Shown piece by piece: positions 60,759-64,000 of a DNA stretch of 64,000 nt (positions within the stretch are counted from its first letter, which is position 1; every line of letters begins with the position of its first letter). The translations under genes were made by a program, and so were the position numbers. Under the pieces are notes generated by a model. It worked only from the letters and a program-made list of their open reading frames with translations. It was not told the origin of the DNA and did no database searches. The DNA is taken from the NCBI GenBank assembly GCA_947258875.1, contig CAMYKB010000011.1, positions 9,053 through 73,052 of the forward strand, written 5' to 3'. The DNA is from an uncultured Gammaproteobacteria bacterium (GTDB taxonomy: Bacteria; Pseudomonadota; Gammaproteobacteria; CAMYKB01).

Positions 60759-61430
60759 CTACAATGCCGCCTGCAAATGCCGGACAGGATTCACCGGTTT
60801 GCCCTGTACTCTGTATTCGAAGTGCACGTGATTACCGGTTGCGTTGCCGGTACGCCCGACAGTGCCGATAATCTGTCCCTGTTTCACCCGCTGCCCTTTT
60901 TTCACCAGGTTGCGCTTATTGTGCCCATATGCAGTCTCAATACCATTGCCGTGGTCGATTATGATCAAGTGCCCGTAGCCGCCATAATGCCCCGAAAAAA
61001 TCACCTCGCCAGCCGCGGAGGCGTAAATTGGCGTACCGCGTGGCGCACGTAAATCGATCCCTGTATGCATGCGTTTGTGCCGGCGTCCGAAGGGTGACGA
61101 TACATCGATGCGCGTCAGCGGCCAGATATACTGGGCCTCGGCCTCGAACACATCCTGCTCACTATCATCGACTTGCAGCGGCGCGCGCATTGACATTTGC
61201 CTGGGTATCGTCAACACAAAACCCGGCAGCGGATTGAGCGGGTCGGCGATTGGATTGGCCTGCCGTAACACTTCGGGGTTTACATCAAGTGCGAAGGCAA
61301 TCGAATACAGGGTCTCACCCGGCTTCACCGTGTAATAACCACCATGGGCCTGTTGTTGGGGCTGCTGGTGCGCGCAAGCGCCGATAAACAGGGCAAGTGC
61401 CAATATCGCCGTAACTCTCCACATAAACAT
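60759..61430 (-). CDS. LysM + M23 metallopeptidase lipoprotein (NlpD-like)
   Basis: Lipoprotein signal (LFIGAC), a LysM segment (YTVKPGETLYSIAF) and M23 motifs (HTGIDL...HLIIIDHGNG...HVHFE). Confidence 0.85.
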   Translation of the reverse strand: MFMWRVTAILALALFIGACAHQQPQQQAHGGYYTVKPGETLYSIAFALDVNPEVLRQANPIADPLNPLPGFVLTIPRQMSMRAPLQVDDSEQDVFEAEAQYIWPLTRIDVSSPFGRRHKRMHTGIDLRAPRGTPIYASAAGEVIFSGHYGGYGHLIIIDHGNGIETAYGHNKRNLVKKGQRVKQGQIIGTVGRTGNATGNHVHFEYRVQGKPVNPVRHLQAAL

Positions 61431-61578
61431 AATCCGGTATTATTGAGTGTTCCATTGTCAGAACATTAGCTGAACAACGGCTGAACACACCACAAAATCG
61501 TGGCATTAGTGCGACCGACGGCGCATTTCCCTTTATAATCCACCCCTTCTGTCACTCTGTAGCGACACCCCAGAACAC

Positions 61579-61914
61579 ATGACCTTGGATATCAAACGAC
61601 TCCCGGCCCAACTGGGCACACTGCGCATGGCGTTGATCATCGGTGCGCTAATTGCCGCACTGGCCGCTGCATTCGCCGGCGAGGAAGCCGCGCGCAGCGG
61701 CTGGAACATGATTCCCACGCTGGTGTTTCCAGCGATCACGCCCCTGATCTTTATGGTGCTGTTACTGGATGCACTGATGTCCCGCGTATGGTCCAGCGAC
61801 GCCGAGGGTGCGGAACGTGTTCGGTTGCGTACTATCATGAAAATCGACCTGCTGGCTGCCGGCCTGTTATTACTTGCATGGCTGCCCTTTTTTTTAACTC
61901 TGGGTAATCGCTGA
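61579..61914 (+). CDS. small hypothetical membrane protein (111 aa)
   Basis: Three hydrophobic helices. No recognisable domain. Confidence 0.4.
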   Translation: MTLDIKRLPAQLGTLRMALIIGALIAALAAAFAGEEAARSGWNMIPTLVFPAITPLIFMVLLLDALMSRVWSSDAEGAERVRLRTIMKIDLLAAGLLLLAWLPFFLTLGNR

Positions 61915-61932
61915 TATCTGGATCTATTCATT

Positions 61933-62307
61933 ATGAATGACATGCTCGCCATAGTACTCAACAGCGAACTCGCCGCGCAGTATGATCGCAGTAAGCCCTT
62001 ACCTAAAGACCAGCAGCAGTACCTGGACAGAATGGATCACAACATGGACCAGGGCATCATGCTCGGCGAGCAACGTTTTGATGCGCCTGACCTGGGGCAG
62101 CGTGCTCAATTCGTTGCCTATAACCTGATCCAGGCAATCCAGAACGACGACGACAACTTGATCGCGGCCTCCTGCAGCTACCTGGCACTGCGCCTCCCGG
62201 ACCTCCAACAGGTCAAGGCCTCCGTAAAGGACGGCAAAATGCTGGTTGATCTGGTATTCGACAAGCCTTACGTTAAGGAGACCAAGGTCGAGTTCATTAA
62301 ACGTTAA
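61933..62307 (+). CDS. hypothetical protein (124 aa)
   Basis: ORF with typical codon usage, tightly spaced behind the preceding gene. Confidence 0.4.
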   Translation: MNDMLAIVLNSELAAQYDRSKPLPKDQQQYLDRMDHNMDQGIMLGEQRFDAPDLGQRAQFVAYNLIQAIQNDDDNLIAASCSYLALRLPDLQQVKASVKDGKMLVDLVFDKPYVKETKVEFIKR

Positions 62308-62338
62308 TCCGAGGCACGGAGTAAAAGTTGATTGTTGT

Positions 62339-62668
62339 ATGAAATTACCCGGTATACAACGCAGAACACTCGACAGCCTGATCAACCTGGCGAACAGGCT
62401 GTATTCAGAAACAGACGGATTTATCGACAACCCGGAAGACCAGCAATCATGGTATAACCGCGGCTATGCCAATGGCATCGTCGACACCCTGAACGAACTG
62501 GGTTACGCTGAATACCTGCAGGGCAAGATCACCCCTGATCCGCAAAATATCGTGCAAGACTATCTGCTCATGCCCTGGGGCAAGGCCTATACACATGGCG
62601 CAGAAGTCGGCAGCAAGGAAACGATCGAGGTAATTGGCCCTGCACCGCGTAACAAAAAATACCGTTAG
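62339..62668 (+). CDS. hypothetical protein (109 aa)
   Basis: Starts at the internal Met (MKLPGIQRR...). The ORF table's upstream extension overlaps the previous gene. Confidence 0.4.
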   Translation: MKLPGIQRRTLDSLINLANRLYSETDGFIDNPEDQQSWYNRGYANGIVDTLNELGYAEYLQGKITPDPQNIVQDYLLMPWGKAYTHGAEVGSKETIEVIGPAPRNKKYR

Positions 62669-62677
62669 TGCACCGAG

Positions 62678-62863
62678 ATGGCTGATATCCTGCCGTTCAA
62701 AAAGAAAAAAGCCAAGGACAAGTTCAAGGGCCGTTCATTGTGCAAGAGCGGGTTTCACAAATGGCAAGCCGTTGAAAATACGCCTTTCGATGTCAGCAAA
62801 GGCAAACTGATCACCGTGTATCGTTGCACGCGCTGCGGAAAGACCCGCAATGAAAGCCGCTAG
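62678..62863 (+). CDS. small zinc-ribbon protein (61 aa)
   Basis: Cys-x6-His-x-Trp ... CTRCGK arrangement with a basic N-terminus (KKKKAKDKFKGR). Confidence 0.4.
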   Translation: MADILPFKKKKAKDKFKGRSLCKSGFHKWQAVENTPFDVSKGKLITVYRCTRCGKTRNESR

Positions 62864-63034
62864 CGTGACAACCTGCACCATCCCACTGGTTCCCACAGTC
62901 CTCGACAACAGCGCCATGCGTTGCCCTCGATAATTGCTCCTGCATTGTCCTACCTTCGCCCTTTCGTGGGCTCGTACCACCTACATTCCTATAGGCGCCC
63001 GTGGGAACGAGATAAAAACACACAGCGATTGCCG

Positions 63035-64000
63035 TTAGCGCCTTAACTTCCGCCACTTGAAATCACGAATGATTTCACGCGCTGCGTTGTGACCGGGAAC
63101 ACCAGTGACCCCACCACCCGGATGTGCACCCGAGCCACAGTGATACAAGCCGCCAAGCGGGCCGCGATAATCGGCATGGCCCAGCACGGGCCGCGCGCTG
63201 AATAACTGGTCGAGTCCCAGCGCACCGTGAAATATATCACCCCCAATCAAACCGAAACGCCGTTCGAGATCCTGCGGCGACAACACCATACGACCCAGCA
63301 CACTGGACTTGAAATTGGGTGCATATTCATTGACGGTATCGATGATGTGATCCGCCACGGACTCCCTCACCTCATCCCAGTCACGCCCATCCGGCAGTTG
63401 CGGATTGAAGTGCTGGCAAAACAGGCTCGCAACATGCTGTCCCGCTGGCGCCAGACTGTCATCTACGGTGCTGGGTATCAGCATCTCGATGACCGGCTGA
63501 CGTGACCAGCCCTGTTGCCGGGCATCGAAATAGGCACGCTCCATATAACCCAGAGACGGTGCGATGATAATGCCTGATTGATGGTGTTTTCTCAGCTGCT
63601 TGCCAGGCATGCAGGTAAAATCGGGCAACTCGCTCAAGGCAACATTCATACGAAAGGTTGCCGAAGCACAACGGTAATTACGCATACGCTGCAGGAAATC
63701 CGCATCCAAATCATTCTCATCGATTAACTGCAGGTACAATAGCTTCGGATTGACATTGGCAGCGACACTGCGCCCCTTGATGCGGTTGCCGTTTTCCAAC
63801 GTCACACCCATAACGCGCCCGTTTTCTACCAGTAATTGCTCAACAGCCGCGTCCGTGGTGATATCCACACCACGATGACGCGCCTCTTTCGCCATCGCCT
63901 GCGTAATCGCGCCCATGCCGCCGACCGCATGCCCCCATATGCCGCGCTTGCCGTTGACTTCACCAAAACAGTGATGCAGCAACACATAGGCCGAACCCGG
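63035..64000 (-). CDS. phytoene desaturase (CrtI)-family FAD-dependent oxidoreductase, N-terminus outside the window
   Basis: This is the C-terminal 316 aa of a CrtI/amine-oxidase-like protein (…GLYHCGSGAHPGGGVTGVPGHNAAREI…). The ORF reaches the window edge on the minus strand. Confidence 0.7.
   Translation of the reverse strand, partial: PGSAYVLLHHCFGEVNGKRGIWGHAVGGMGAITQAMAKEARHRGVDITTDAAVEQLLVENGRVMGVTLENGNRIKGRSVAANVNPKLLYLQLIDENDLDADFLQRMRNYRCASATFRMNVALSELPDFTCMPGKQLRKHHQSGIIIAPSLGYMERAYFDARQQGWSRQPVIEMLIPSTVDDSLAPAGQHVASLFCQHFNPQLPDGRDWDEVRESVADHIIDTVNEYAPNFKSSVLGRMVLSPQDLERRFGLIGGDIFHGALGLDQLFSARPVLGHADYRGPLGGLYHCGSGAHPGGGVTGVPGHNAAREIIRDFKWRKLRR

Noticed and set aside
60728-61515. 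11-bp direct repeat cattagtgcga flanking the nlpD-like gene as possible target-site duplication
   Set aside because: Hundreds of 11-mer coincidences are expected by chance in 64 kb. There are no accompanying inverted repeats.

Overview
This is a densely coding chromosomal segment of roughly 50% GC that looks gammaproteobacterial. The markers are RapA, SelO, OxyR with a catalase, Lhr, CreD, ArfB, SlyX, TcdA and an ABC-F ATPase. I found no rRNA, tRNA, CRISPR array or intact mobile element. Most genes are ordinary housekeeping or conserved-hypothetical genes. Readable operons include an iorA-iorB-xdhC-mocA molybdoenzyme set, a YceI–cytochrome b561 pair beside a LysR regulator, and a NodIJ-like ABC exporter. 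There is also an oxyR gene divergent from a permease–DUF454–catalase operon, a CHASE-PAS-GGDEF-EAL signalling protein, and a cluster of DUF481, CreD, DUF488, DUF924, MsrA and PPK2. Items that deserve a second look, starting with the most notable: (1) A PspA/IM30-like gene sits behind a candidate sigma-54 promoter and is cotranscribed with a polytopic membrane protein, a fatty-acid-hydroxylase/sterol-desaturase family enzyme, and a sigma-54 enhancer-binding protein that carries a roughly 230-aa N-terminal domain of unknown function. (2) A PEGA+SHOCT lipoprotein gene is frameshifted by a perfect 41-bp tandem duplication. (3) An AT-rich, multiply disrupted remnant of a secreted DJ-1/PfpI gene lies next to the LysR regulator. 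(4) An orphan SMI1/KNR4 (SUKH-1) immunity-type gene in AT-rich DNA abuts a C-terminal IS110-transposase fragment. (5) A YiiM-type MOSC gene is translationally coupled to a Rieske ferredoxin. (6) A BNR/Asp-box repeat protein is paired with a MoaD-like Gly-Gly carrier. (7) An AT-rich locus holds two overlapping membrane-protein genes and a divergent XRE regulator. All functional calls come from motif recognition by eye in the supplied translations. I ran no database searches.
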